Source: Antedon mediterranea (lineage: Eukaryota; Animalia; Echinodermata). Taken from it: 64,000 bases of DNA. A program made the translations under genes and the position numbers. Shown here in pieces: positions 12,133 to 24,900 of this stretch (its first letter is position 1; each line of letters opens with the position of its first letter). The stretch is taken from positions 34,354,437 through 34,418,436 of the forward strand of contig NC_092672.1 in the NCBI RefSeq assembly GCF_964355755.1. The letters run 5' to 3'. The notes under the pieces are model-generated. The model was not told where the DNA came from and ran no database searches. It was given only the letters and a program-made list of their open reading frames with translations.

Positions 12133-14113
12133 TACACAGACTTCTTACCAAATATCAATGCAGTAACAAATATATGAACATGGAAATTAAAAGTAATACT
12201 GCCGCTTAATAAAGTGATAAAATCTATTTAAAAATATTATCAACTCTCTCAAAACTGGAGGACCATTGATTGTGACAACATTGATTTTTTTAAAGCTTCA
12301 TCCAATTCGCAATTACTAAATCAAAATATTTTTGGGAGACTTTACATGAGTGTAGTGTTTAAAAATAGATATGTTCACACTAACTCATTTCTGATTCCGA
12401 AAAAAATGTATGTGTCACGTGAATCAGCACTCAGTGTGAACGCAGCTTTAAACAGAAAACCTAGTTCTTGCAACACAGACCAATACTTAATATTAATTTA
12501 AAATAAGTGCTTTCTATTCTTAAAAATTGCTGCAATCGGAAATAGCTCTTGATTTTCGATTTAGAACAACCAAATTATGTCATGTTGATTGCGGATATTG
12601 AGAAGTGTTTTCTCACCTCTCACCTCCGACACAGTTTTGATGATTTTACACATCGAATTGACCTGACCTAATTATAGGTCGTCGTAAATCAGAAGCTCCT
12701 TAATATCAGTGGGATGGAGTTGTCAGGTCAGGGTTCAGCCCTAGGGTCTCTGGTTTTGAGGGAGTGTACTTACATCAGTATACTTAAGCAGGTTTTCAGT
12801 CTTTAAATTCAAAGTATAATTTGCCTATTTATTTTAATGATATAGAATTTACAATTGTAAAAGAGATGTTAAGTGAATTAAGAAATGCAAAATGTTTGTT
12901 GTCCAAATGTTTATTGTGACAGTATTTCTTTTAGATTTATTTGATTAATGTCATTTTAATGTAAATAATCTTGAATTATGACGCATGTTCTCGATATGCA
13001 AGAACCGTGATACCAAGGCTGTAAAGATGTTCAGTGTCTATAGATATTAGTATATTATTTGTCTTTTTATTTTTTGAGAAAGACCTGAGTGAATGACCTC
13101 ACGAGGTTGTGACATTGTGTGATGACCTCATTGAATTATATGCATTCAACTACTCTGTAAAAAGCTGCTCCTCCTATCAATTTTTGCACTTTGTTAGACT
13201 CCCTATGCTACCGGTTATATCAACTTGCCACTTTGTGTTAGACCCCCTAAGCTATTGAGTGGAAATACCCACGTTACCAAATGTGTATTCTTTCTTGATT
13301 TATTATTTTGCCGTTTTTAAGGTATTTATGTTATCTATAACCCCCTAGGCTACTGATATTAAGCTTTGCAATACTGTACTTTTATTATTATTGATCTCTC
13401 AGAGCTATTATATATTTTCAAAATATTCATTTAACAATGTACTATGAATTCTACCAATTAAATATAGTAATTTTTCCAAATATTAATGTATGATATTATT
13501 AGTTTCAAATTTAGTTTGTCCTCAAAGGGATTGTGAATTGTTTGGCTGAATAAGATTAATAAAAGGGGCTGACTTCCTCCCTTGAAAATTCATCATTATA
13601 TTATACAAATATTTATTTGTCAGAATTCATACAATATACAGTAATATATTTATTGATTTCTAATTATTTGTGAATTAATATACAACTGTAATGAGTCATA
13701 ATACACCTGAAGTAAATGTCCAATATAAAGTGGATAATATTTTGCATTTTATTTGCAGAAAGGAATATTTAAAGTATATTAAATTTGTCGTTTTCAGAAA
13801 TCTAAGCATGTATTTACACTTACATGTTGACTGCGCCTCCTTGAGGATGATCAGATTCAAGAAATTTTATTGGTCCACTTAAAAATGGAAATTTGTTTTG
13901 CTTGACATAATTAAGACAATAAAACAACAATGAAAAATACAATACAATTTAAACATTGCATTCTGCATTGGAATGGTGGCCGTGAGTTAATGAAGATCTA
14001 ACAATCGTCATTAAATCTCTTTACCATAATATCTTTTAAATAAATTATTTAAGACTAAATGAACATTCAGAATAATGAGATTGAAAAAATTCATCTCCTT
14101 CCCAAAATATTTT

Positions 14114-14192
14114 TGAAATCAAATTTTCGTTTTTCATGAAGGTGAAACAACGTTTATGTTTCACCTTCATGAAAAACGAAAATTTGATTTCA
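14114..14192. repeat. Perfect 36-bp inverted repeat with a 7-nt loop
   Basis: TGAAATCAAATTTTCGTTTTTCATGAAGGTGAAACA-acgttta-reverse complement. Confidence 0.9.
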
Positions 14193-16369
14193 GAATAATG
14201 AGGCTATTATTATTAATGAGATTGGATGAATACAGACATTTTAATAAAATAAAAATATATTTCTAAATAGAACTTTTTAGATATGTAAAGGTATGCAAAC
14301 TGAAAGTTCCTTTAGCATAATACTAGGCCTAATGTTCTTAGTGGTGATTGGGTTAGAAGAAACGAGGGGAAAGATTTAGTGGTGGAGATATGGTTTAGTG
14401 TTCTAGGAGTACAGCAATTTTTACGGGGTGGTCACTACAGTTTCAAAGGATTCGATAAATTCTATTTAAATTAGTATGTGTTATTGTACCATATGCAACA
14501 TTACAACCCTCTGAACACTGGGTGTTCGCAGGACGCAGCTGGTCCCTTTTACCCAGGAAATGGGTATGATATGGTTCAATGTGTAATACATCAATATTGA
14601 ACATCGTATGTGTGTGTAATAAAAACTCCCTATAGTGTGCAATTCATTTTTTTATTTTAAATATTTCATCCCTTATACAACGTGTCATATTCATCATCTG
14701 TCACTTTTTTAAATTGATGCGGCGATTCAAAATTAGTATTAAATACACTAATAATGATATTATAATAATATGTAGTTGTGCTTCAAAGCTCTTGAGAGTC
14801 TATAGATATATTCGATGAATTGTATTTGCAACATTGCTTCCAAATCCAGTTAAAGAAAGTGATGGGATGGGTGCAAGTAGCAAGAAATCAGACTTTCAAA
14901 AGAATTGTTTACATTAATGTCTTTCACATCTGTTGCGGCACAGTTCCAGTCCAGAGTCCAGTGCCAGCAAATCAAACGGCAATGTTCCTTTTTTGCAACG
15001 CTCCACACGGCTATGCGCCAGTCGATATAAAACCGAAGAATTGACGTTTGATTTGCCGGTGTTGAACCAGAACCGTGCCCTAACAGGTGTTAAGGCCCTT
15101 TAATGAATTAAATCAAGAAAAAAATGACTTTATATTTTCACCCAAAATTGGCATATTTAAATTAATTTTATAGCTCAACATCACGTGTAATGCAATACAT
15201 TAATATTCTTGTCGTAAAGTAATATATTATGTACATTAAAAAAAAAAGCTTTAAATTACATGTAAATGTACTATAAGGCTTATTAATATATATATTAATG
15301 TTAGTTAATGTTAATCTTGGGGCCAACAAGACGCGTCTCTTAATAGGGTAAGTCTATTTCACTAGTTCAGTCACCAGAAAAGGTGGGCGTTTTCCCCAAA
15401 ATATTTTTCAAGGCCCGGGGAAAAATATCAAAATAGGCCTACAGGGTGTACCGAAAGTACAATTAATAAATACTGTAGCTTTCATTCAGGGATGGTAGAT
15501 GGTGATATATGCAATGCGTGTAGCCCTGTGTACTTCACCATTTTATTCGTTATCTGGACTGTGCAATTGGTCTTTTTAACATTGCCATGTACCACTTTAA
15601 ATGAAAGCTTGTTATGCAACCGCAAGGACTGAAATGAGTACATAATTAAATTCATTTATAAATTTAAAAAGAATTTTGAAAATAATATAATAAATATTGT
15701 AGTATTTTATTTTTGAAATTGTGATGCCATGATCATTTTTGTTTTTGTGGACTTGAGCCCTTAATATCAGAATTGTTTCAATAAACTTGAGAACACATTG
15801 AATTTGTTTATTTTGTTAAAGGTTGTCAGATATACGATAAAGGAATTTTTGTGGTGATGATAATATAACGACATGATAATTAATGATAATTAAATAAAAG
15901 ACAATTGACGATGAAATTTGGGTGGTGATATAAAATAATCAATTTTGTTTCTAACTTGAATAATGTAGTACTGTATGCCCTGGTTCATTTTAATAAATCT
16001 TTCTATATTTAATAATTTTTAATCCCTCCTCTTTCACCCTTTTTTCCCACTCCTCTTGAAAGAAAAAAAGTGGGGAAATATGGGGTGGGAGAAATTCACC
16101 CCTAAACCTTCCCCCTAAAAATAAAAAAAACTCCTCGTATCCAGCTCCAGACTGGTCTATAAAGTGGGTTATTTTAATACTGTACACTAAAAAACATTTG
16201 AATATGACTATGTGTTTTTAAATAATTGCAAAAACAGTGGTCGTATATAAAAGGCAGTGTTTTAGTGTAGCTCAACTATATTATTTTAGCATACAGTTTT
16301 AATATTATATCTGACACACTGTGGCAGTCATGTAACATTTTTACCGCGAAATTAATATAAACAAATAAT

Positions 16370-16634
16370 GGTCTGTCCCGCGAAGTCTACTTGACGCATG
16401 CGCTTTTACAGTCATTTTTCACAATATGGACGTCGTGGTTCGCTCGCTGTACAATTTATCGCGCTAAACAGAAATGTCCAGGCTTAGAAGCTTAATCTAA
16501 TAAAAGCTATATAACTCAAGTTTTTAAGAGACTGCTGTGGTTGTCAGCGGGGTTAGACTATTTGAAGCAATTAATACATGTAATGTGTATTTGGTAAAAC
16601 TGAAGTTCGTCTTCTGTTCAAAGTAAATAATAAG
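16370..16634 (+). promoter_or_regulatory. Probable PHF12 promoter and non-coding first exon
   Basis: Local CpG enrichment, NRF1-like ACGCATGCGC, donor AAG/GTAATG at 16634/16635; the PHF12 ATG directly follows an acceptor AG, so an upstream exon is needed. Confidence 0.5.
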
Positions 16635-18908
16635 GTAATGTATCCAATCCATTCATCTTCCCGTGGTCTTTTTCATCTCGTTTTACTTCTTGTGCAAGCT
16701 AGCTACTCTCTCTCTCTCTGCGGCCTTCGGTGGTTGAGAAGGCAGCATGGACGGCTCGATGGCCTGCTGTGGTTGGTATGATGTGATAGCCTGTCGCTGA
16801 GAGCCTACGGCTGGATCATACAATTTGGTTCAATGTTCATGGAACAAGCACATTTTCTTTTAATTTAAGCCTAACTAAATTATAAATAAAAAGCCTAACT
16901 AAATAAAAGCCCTAGCTACCTAGGACAAATAACAAGAGGTAGCCTAGGCCTACCCTACAGTACTGTTTGTGTGTCAAAATACATGCTATATTGTTGAGAG
17001 TTAGCCTAGGCCATTTGCCATGAAACTATAGATATCAGCTACACAGTAGATAGGCCTATTATGTACTGTAGTGTAGGATTCACGGAGAGCATGTGTACTA
17101 AATTATAATAAAAGCTTGGCCTAACTAAGAAAGTCTATAACAAATAAGCAATGCATAATGAATGCAGTTAACACGAATGTAGATTTAATGAAAGTGTGTT
17201 TGAAAAAAAAAATATTGAAGGAAGTATGGGCAACAATGACATCGTAAATTAGTTTGATGATTCATGCTGCTGTGCTGTACGCAAATATACTCCAGCGTTA
17301 TTAGGTTCAGTAAAATTACAAAGAAAATATTTAGACATTTATTTCTCATTCAATTTTTTATGTTAAAAAGCTCAAGATTTTATAATTAATAGTTAAAATT
17401 AAAACTGCCGTAGTAGTACCGGGTACAGATATTTTTTAATCAAACATTAAAAAAAAAAAAATAATTAAAAAAACAAATTATCTTTTAACAAGTGACTTTC
17501 ACAACAAAAGAATTAATAAATATGTTCATTGTGTGGTGATGTAATATTAATGTGTATTATGATAATTTTATTAAGCCAAATGTATGTTGAAATTGCAGAT
17601 ACTGTTATATGTTGTCGTATTTTAAGTGTCTATTTTTGATATTGAATTAATTTTGTCAATGTCATGTTGTGAACAATATATGAGACATTGAAACAAATTA
17701 CTGTAGAAAAATAAAAAATACAATATTAATTCATTGAACTTCTTTTTAAACACTTTCTGTAGTACTACTAGTATAATGTTAGTAGTGTTTTTAAGTTTCT
17801 CCATGAAAGTTAAAGTACTGTAATTCATTCAGTATAATTTGTCGGTTAGAATGACGTCCGGAAGTTTCTGTTTTGACCTCTTAAAAAGAAAAGAGAAAAA
17901 TCAAATAAATGTGGTTTGTTTGTAATTAGCTAATTTGTTGCTACTGTATACAGTACTGTAGGGTAGTTTAAGCAAGTCAATTTGAAGTTTAAAAAGTATT
18001 ACATAAATGTTGATTGACTGTTTTTGAAAGCCATTTTAAAAATATTATTTAAGTATTTGAAAATCTAATCAAAGATAGCTCTTTTATAGATAAAATATCT
18101 TATTTGTAAAATGACATTTTTGTTGGTTTTAAGCTTTGTAAAAAAAAGCTAAAAACCAAAGAAAAATAACTGATTAAAAACCAGTTATTGTGTGGGTGTT
18201 TGAATGCCAAATTATAGATCATACTGTTCTTAGTTTCAGCTCAAAAGCATTCCAATTATTACTTGACCTTTGACCATGGATAGATATACATTCATTGTCA
18301 GTTTTCTGTGCTCTAAGAAACTGTACTGTACTTAAACTCATAAATTGATCATTTTACTTATAATAGGTTTTTTAAGCATGGTAAAATTCAGTACCTAAAA
18401 ACACTGATATACTGAATTTACTTTCTACTTTATATTTAGTTACTCCGTGATCTTAATAGGTTGAATGACCTGGCATTTAGTTTAATAATTTGTCTGACCT
18501 TATGCAATTTTATTTTTTATATTAAAATTTAAATCGACAGCCACAATGCTGTAGTAATATAAACCAGAAGGTAATTATTGGCATCGACTAATATCACACG
18601 TTTCAGGCTATTTTTTAAAATAAAAAAATATATATTTCATATATAAAAGAAAATACAGTACATACAGTTATATGTTAGTTAATTGTTTATTGTACTAGTT
18701 TAGTTGTACAGTACTTGTGTTATTATTAGAAGAGTGATTTTGATACTTGCCAGAATCTCATTTTTTATGCTTTCTTTTCCCATGTTGCATAATACATAAT
18801 ACTCGTTCTATCAATACAACTATTGTCTTTCCCAGAGTGCTATTTTGAAGCAATATAATTCCATTTTTTTTAACCTCTAACCAAATTGTGTTATTTGTTT
18901 AAATTCAG

Positions 18909-21900
18909 ATGACGGCTGTGCAATATGACTTGGATACGTCTGGTGGGTTAATGGAGGTAATATACTTTATTTATAAAAAATAAAAATGTTTGCGACGTTA
19001 GATTGTAAAACTACTACAGTACTACTGTACTGCTCTACTAAACTGTAATAAATTTAGCCTATAGGATTGTGATTACGCAGAGAAAAAAAAATGACTTGGT
19101 TTGTAGCTTTCTCATGAATATTTATTTAATCAAATTTGTCTGAGTAAAATACCAATAAGGTTCGAGGTCATCTTATTGTTAATAGTCTTTGATATCTTCA
19201 GAATAATTATCTAATTGAACTGAAGAATTGCATTTATGAGTTCTGTATAAGATGTTCCTCTGATCATTGTGTAATGTTTGTATTTTTTACTGTAACCTTT
19301 GGTTAAAGATATGTCTACACTATCAAACTTTGTGTGTCAAAAAATGTGATGTACAGTGTCCATTTATATTAATTAATATCACTACCATATTTGGGCATAT
19401 CACTACCATATTTGGGCACATCACTACCATATTTGGGCACATCACTACCATATTTGGGCACATCACTACCATATTTGGGCACATCACTACCATATTTGGG
19501 CACATCATACTTTTTGTCAAATTAGTTTGATATTGTAGACAGAGCTTTAAAGATATGTTGGTTTGTTTATTTTAAAGAAATTTGTAAAATAAAAATAACA
19601 ATTTCTTATTTTAGCAAATCCAAGCATTGATTGCTCCACCAGTTAGCGATGAACCACCGAAGAAACAACGTAGGATAGATCGTGATCGGCGGCGTACTGG
19701 GCGTGCAATGAACCGTGACACGTGTGATAGTTGCAGAGAAGGTGGCGATCTACTTTGTTGTGATCGGTGCCCGGCCGCTTTTCATTTGACCTGTTGGTAA
19801 GATCACTTTGGAATAAAATGATGGTTGCCAGATTATAATAGGTTTGAGAACGATGCACGTCCCGTTTGATATCTATTTTAATTCATATTGGAAACTAAAT
19901 ATACACACAACAACTCCCTATAGGAGTGTAGGGCACTGAGAATGAATATAAAGGAGAACCTAATAATGTAGCTCATTTTTTAAGTTGCAACATTATTTTC
20001 TTTAATTCAAAACATTGTGTATCGGCACTTTCACATAAAACAAACTACTGTACCAATGTGTATTTCATTGGAATTTAATAATAACAGTTTACAAACAAAG
20101 TAGATAGAAAATAATTTATTCATCAACATTCATTACTTAGTAATGTTCGTATGTCTGTCTATTCTCCCTATTATAACTCAATGCTTTATCAAGTGTTTAT
20201 TATTTAAAACATTATTGTTAATTTTCGAGTACTGTATGTTAGTTTTCTTTAGAACAAGCTATGATTTTATTTGTGTTCATTTAAGTGACCAAATACAGTA
20301 GCCTATAAGTCATTAATACAAGATAATTTATTTAATTTGAATAATTTATTTTAATTACGTAATTACCAATCATGAATTGCATTCGTTTGATTTATAACCA
20401 TAGTTAAATAATTCAATATTTAAATTAAATATTCATTATAATATATAAATTAATAATATTCATTGTTTTTTAGTATTCCATTATCATTAACTGTACAGTA
20501 TTATTTGATTGATAACTATCAGTTGAATAATTCATATTATTAATTAACTATTCATTATACCGTATACATATTCATTATAGCATATAAATATTCATTGTTT
20601 TTCAATCCATTATCATTAACTGTACAGTAGTATAGTATTTGATTAATAACTATCAGTTGAATATTAACTATTCATTATACCGTATACATATTCATTATAC
20701 CGTATACATATTCATTATACCGTATACATATTCATTATAGTATAAAGAGAATGTTAAAGAGTCGCTATCCAATCAAGTTTGAACAATACCATGAAAGCCC
20801 CAGTTGTCTAATGGTTAGGGCAACTGCATATCAAGCAGGTCCGAGTTTGAGTCTCGGTTGGGGCGACTTTTTCTCATTCTCACATATTTCCTCATCTTTA
20901 TCGTTCAAATTAATTAATTAAATTTCAGTATATCACCGGGCGGTTTAGAATTAGTGTTCTTTGCCTACTGTGTTTATTCATTATAGTATATAAATATTCA
21001 TTGTTTTTTCAATCCATTATCATTAACTGCACAGTATTCATTTGATTAATTCATATTATTAATTAACTATTCATTATACTGTATACATATTCATTATTTT
21101 ATATAAATATTCATTTGTAATTTTTCAGTAATCCACCTTTAGAAGAAGATGACCTCCCACGAGGAGAATGGCTTTGTCATCAGTGCACTGTAGCCCCAAT
21201 GGTGAGTAAATATATTCGAACAAATATCCCTTTCACTTGCTGAACTTTGACCCAATGTAATTGTGTAATTCATAGTAAATTCTCACATGTCAAATTTCAA
21301 TACTTTAATAATTACTAATACTTAATATTATAATTTTAATTGTTTCCTATTAAAATATTTATGATTTATTATTGTTAAGGGAATAAAAATTGATTCTTTT
21401 TTGTTAAACAAATGTCGGTAATTTAAGATAATTTATCACCTATTGTTTAAGTAGTTGATATTGGTTTATTAAAGGGAATTTAAGAAAAATGAAAAACAAA
21501 AAGTTGTGGTTATATCTAAGGTACATCGAGTTGTTTTTAAATGAATCCAGGTGTCAAGTTGTTATTTTCCCGATGTAATTACCCGTTTCTATATTTAGTA
21601 TATTTTGTTTTTTTTATTTTCTTTTTACCAAGAAAATATTATAAGTTCATATGGCTTACAGATGGGATGTTTCCATAGTAACATTATGACTCATTCAGTG
21701 ATAGACTGTGAGGCTTAACATAGATGCTGGTGTCCAGGTTTTTAATAAATAAAGCTCGCATCACACTATCAAACTTTATGTGATGTGCCCATATATGGAC
21801 ACGATGGTGTCATATCGCTACGATATTTGGACATACTGTATGACTACCATATTGGACACATCACACTTTTTTGTCATCATAATATAATCAGATCAAAGGT

Positions 21901-24900
21901 TACTTGGTCATCTCTTTAAAAGATGCAGCCATGACATAACAATTTTAGAGGAGCTGTAGCTTGGTGGTTAACATGCTTGCCTTCCAATCCCAAGGTCCGG
22001 GGGTCAATCCTGACCTAGTGCCAGGGTTGTAACTCACAACTCTTTCAACTCCAGTCCATCAAATGAGACTTACAGTAAATTATAAGCATGATAAACTATT
22101 AAATTGTTTATCCATCCTGTAGTTGATATACTCGCTGTTGGATGCGTATGACATTTAACAATTTGTATATATTGTTATATTTTCAGGATCAATCTGGAAA
22201 TTCATCAAAATCAGAGAAAGCTAAGATAGCAGCCTTAGGCCCAAACAAAGCTATAGTGAAACTTGTGCCTATGAGGCTAAACGATAGACTTAAGGCCCAG
22301 GGTAAAAACTGTGTAAGACTGGTTCAACTACAGGCCTACAAAGAGGCTAGGAAGGAACAGGAAGGGTATGAGAGACAGTTATCCGGAGACGCTGCCGTCC
22401 CTGCTAATTATGTATTCGAAGAGAATGACGATACGCTTCCAGAAGATTTTGTAAATCCGTTTGATATATTAGTGAAAGCTGCTGCTGTTCAAAATCCTAA
22501 ACAATTTTCAGTGCCACCAGAGTTTATGACAAATGCTCCTTTACCAGGTAATCTTAAACAAATCAATCAAAATATATAATTGTTTCTTTTTTGTACAGAT
22601 AACAATAAAGATGAAAAGTAACTCATTTTAAGTTCTGCTATTTTATATCTGAAAATGAAGTACTTAGAAATACATGCCATTATCTATAGCTCTTTCACAT
22701 AGCCTAAACAATTTCGGAGTTTACCATACATTGGGTTAAATTTGCTATTTCCATGGTAAGCTTCTCGGTGTATAAACTTAGGGGTTTAATTAAAGAACTT
22801 AAATTTTCTAGTTTTCCACACTCTTTTATATTTATAATTATTTAATACAGGTATATCAGCAATTCTTTCAAGTCAAAAAAACTTTTATAATAAACTTATT
22901 CAAATCGTCGAAATATTATAAAAACTTTTATTTTTACCTTTAATGGTTAAACATATACATATATTTAAATGTTTTTTTCAAATATTTATGCAGGTTCAAG
23001 TCGTAGAAAGCGTAAAGAAGACACCGTCAAGAAAAAACCGTACGAATTGGAGAATGGTTTGGTACCACTTCCAGCTAAAGTGTGTTTTAAGTGTAAAAAG
23101 TATGTTCTTTTGTTAAGTATAGAGTACTGTATAACCCCTCCTACGCTAACGCTAAGGTCAAATAACCCCTCATACTGTATGTGTCATGAATAATTAGCGA
23201 ACAATACATGTTTGTGTGCATTGTCCATGCTTCTAATGGCGATGATAATGGTGTTTATTAACTCTACGAACCACCCTACGCGTAGATAATTATCATAACA
23301 TTACATTGTAGGCTACGAACAATACTTCGTAGGCTACGAACAATACTTCGTAGGCTACGTTTAAGAGAACAATGACCTACGATCTACCTGCGCGTAGGCT
23401 ACGAAAGGTTACGCTTAGAAACGAAGCAGTATTTTCTTTCTGTACTGTATCCCCTAAGTAGGAGTGTCTGAATATTTGTAACCAAAAAGATGGTTTCTTC
23501 TGTATCTTTGTATGCTTTCTGATATTTTATAGTACATTCTCAAATCCCTATTAAACCTAAAGCTCAATGGGCATTTGCTTCTTTTTAATACTATATTAAC
23601 ATGACATGATTGTCTTTACGTAGGAGTTGCAGAGTAGCACCGCTTATTCAGTGTGATTACTGCCCTCTATTGTTTCATCAAGACTGTCTTGATCCGCCAT
23701 TAACGATGATGCCAACGGGAAGATGGATGTGTCCCAACCATCCAGAAAATTATCTGGTAAAGCTCAGTCTACACTATCAAACTAGTTTGATGGGCCTAAA
23801 TATGGTAGTGATATGGTCAAATATGGTAGTAATATGACATCATCATGTCCATATATGGGCACATCAGATGTTGTCACATAAAGTTTAATAGTGTAGACAA
23901 GCTTTATGAATAATTATTGTTTTATAAATAAGAAAAATATATCATATTTCCATCATAGAAATGTATGAAGTAAAATTATTAATTTTTTGTTGCCCTTTTG
24001 CTAGCCTGATTACTTTGGCCAGAGTTTTACACGACGGTGCAAGATTTACAACCAGTTCCATAGTCAAGTTCAACAAAATGCTGTCAAGATAAAGTTTCTG
24101 AATAAAATGCATAGCAGCTTTAAGCCGAACACAGGTATCCTAGTACCACAAAGAAAACAAATGAAGGCAAGTATTAAATAAATAGGTCTAGGGGGTCCTG
24201 ATTGACAGCTTCAAGTCTACAAAAAACGTACCATCAGTGTTGTAGACAGACAAATGAAAGTCATTTGGTGGGAGCTTGATATGAATCGACCTTGAAGCCG
24301 ATTTCCCACAAGGCGAATTTGTTCGCGCGAAACGAAGGCGTCGGCTAATACGCATGCATAGAGAAGGATTTCGAAAATATAAACATGAATACGCATGCGT
24401 ACAAGCTGGCGCTTTCGATTCGCGCGAACAAATTCACCTAGTGGAAAATCGACTTTACAGAAGATGATAGTGTAACATTTAGACGCGTTGAGACTTTTTC
24501 ACTGTAGAAATCATATTATAAATATTAATCAATTATATAGTATACTACTACATTACTATTATTGAATATTGAAAATGAATACAAATACACTTAGCATACA
24601 ATTTTTTTTTCAATTATAGGTTCCAGAATCAATAAAAGCCCAATATGCAACTCCTCCGCATCTATTACCTAGGCCTGACCAGAAGCATCTTGCACAGCAC
24701 ACCTTGCCAGAAGGGAAAACACATTGTACTCCTGAAGAAGCAGAAGAGGTAAGCACTTTATTCTTTGAATGCCTTAAGCTGTCTACACTATCAAACATTA
24801 TGAGATGTGGCCATATATGGACTTGATGATGTCATATCACTACCCTATTTGGGCACATCACACTTCTTTTGTCAAACTAGTTTGATAACGTAGACAGGGC

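Noticed and set aside
19378-19503. CRISPR-like array, or repeat protein ITTIFGH / MCPNMVV
   Set aside because: Head-to-tail 21-bp units with no spacers, inside MITE TIRs in a eukaryotic intron; the ORFs are incidental.
21953-22025. Functional tRNA-Gly gene
   Set aside because: Stems and B box are degenerate and similarity between copies extends well beyond the tRNA part, so it is a SINE.
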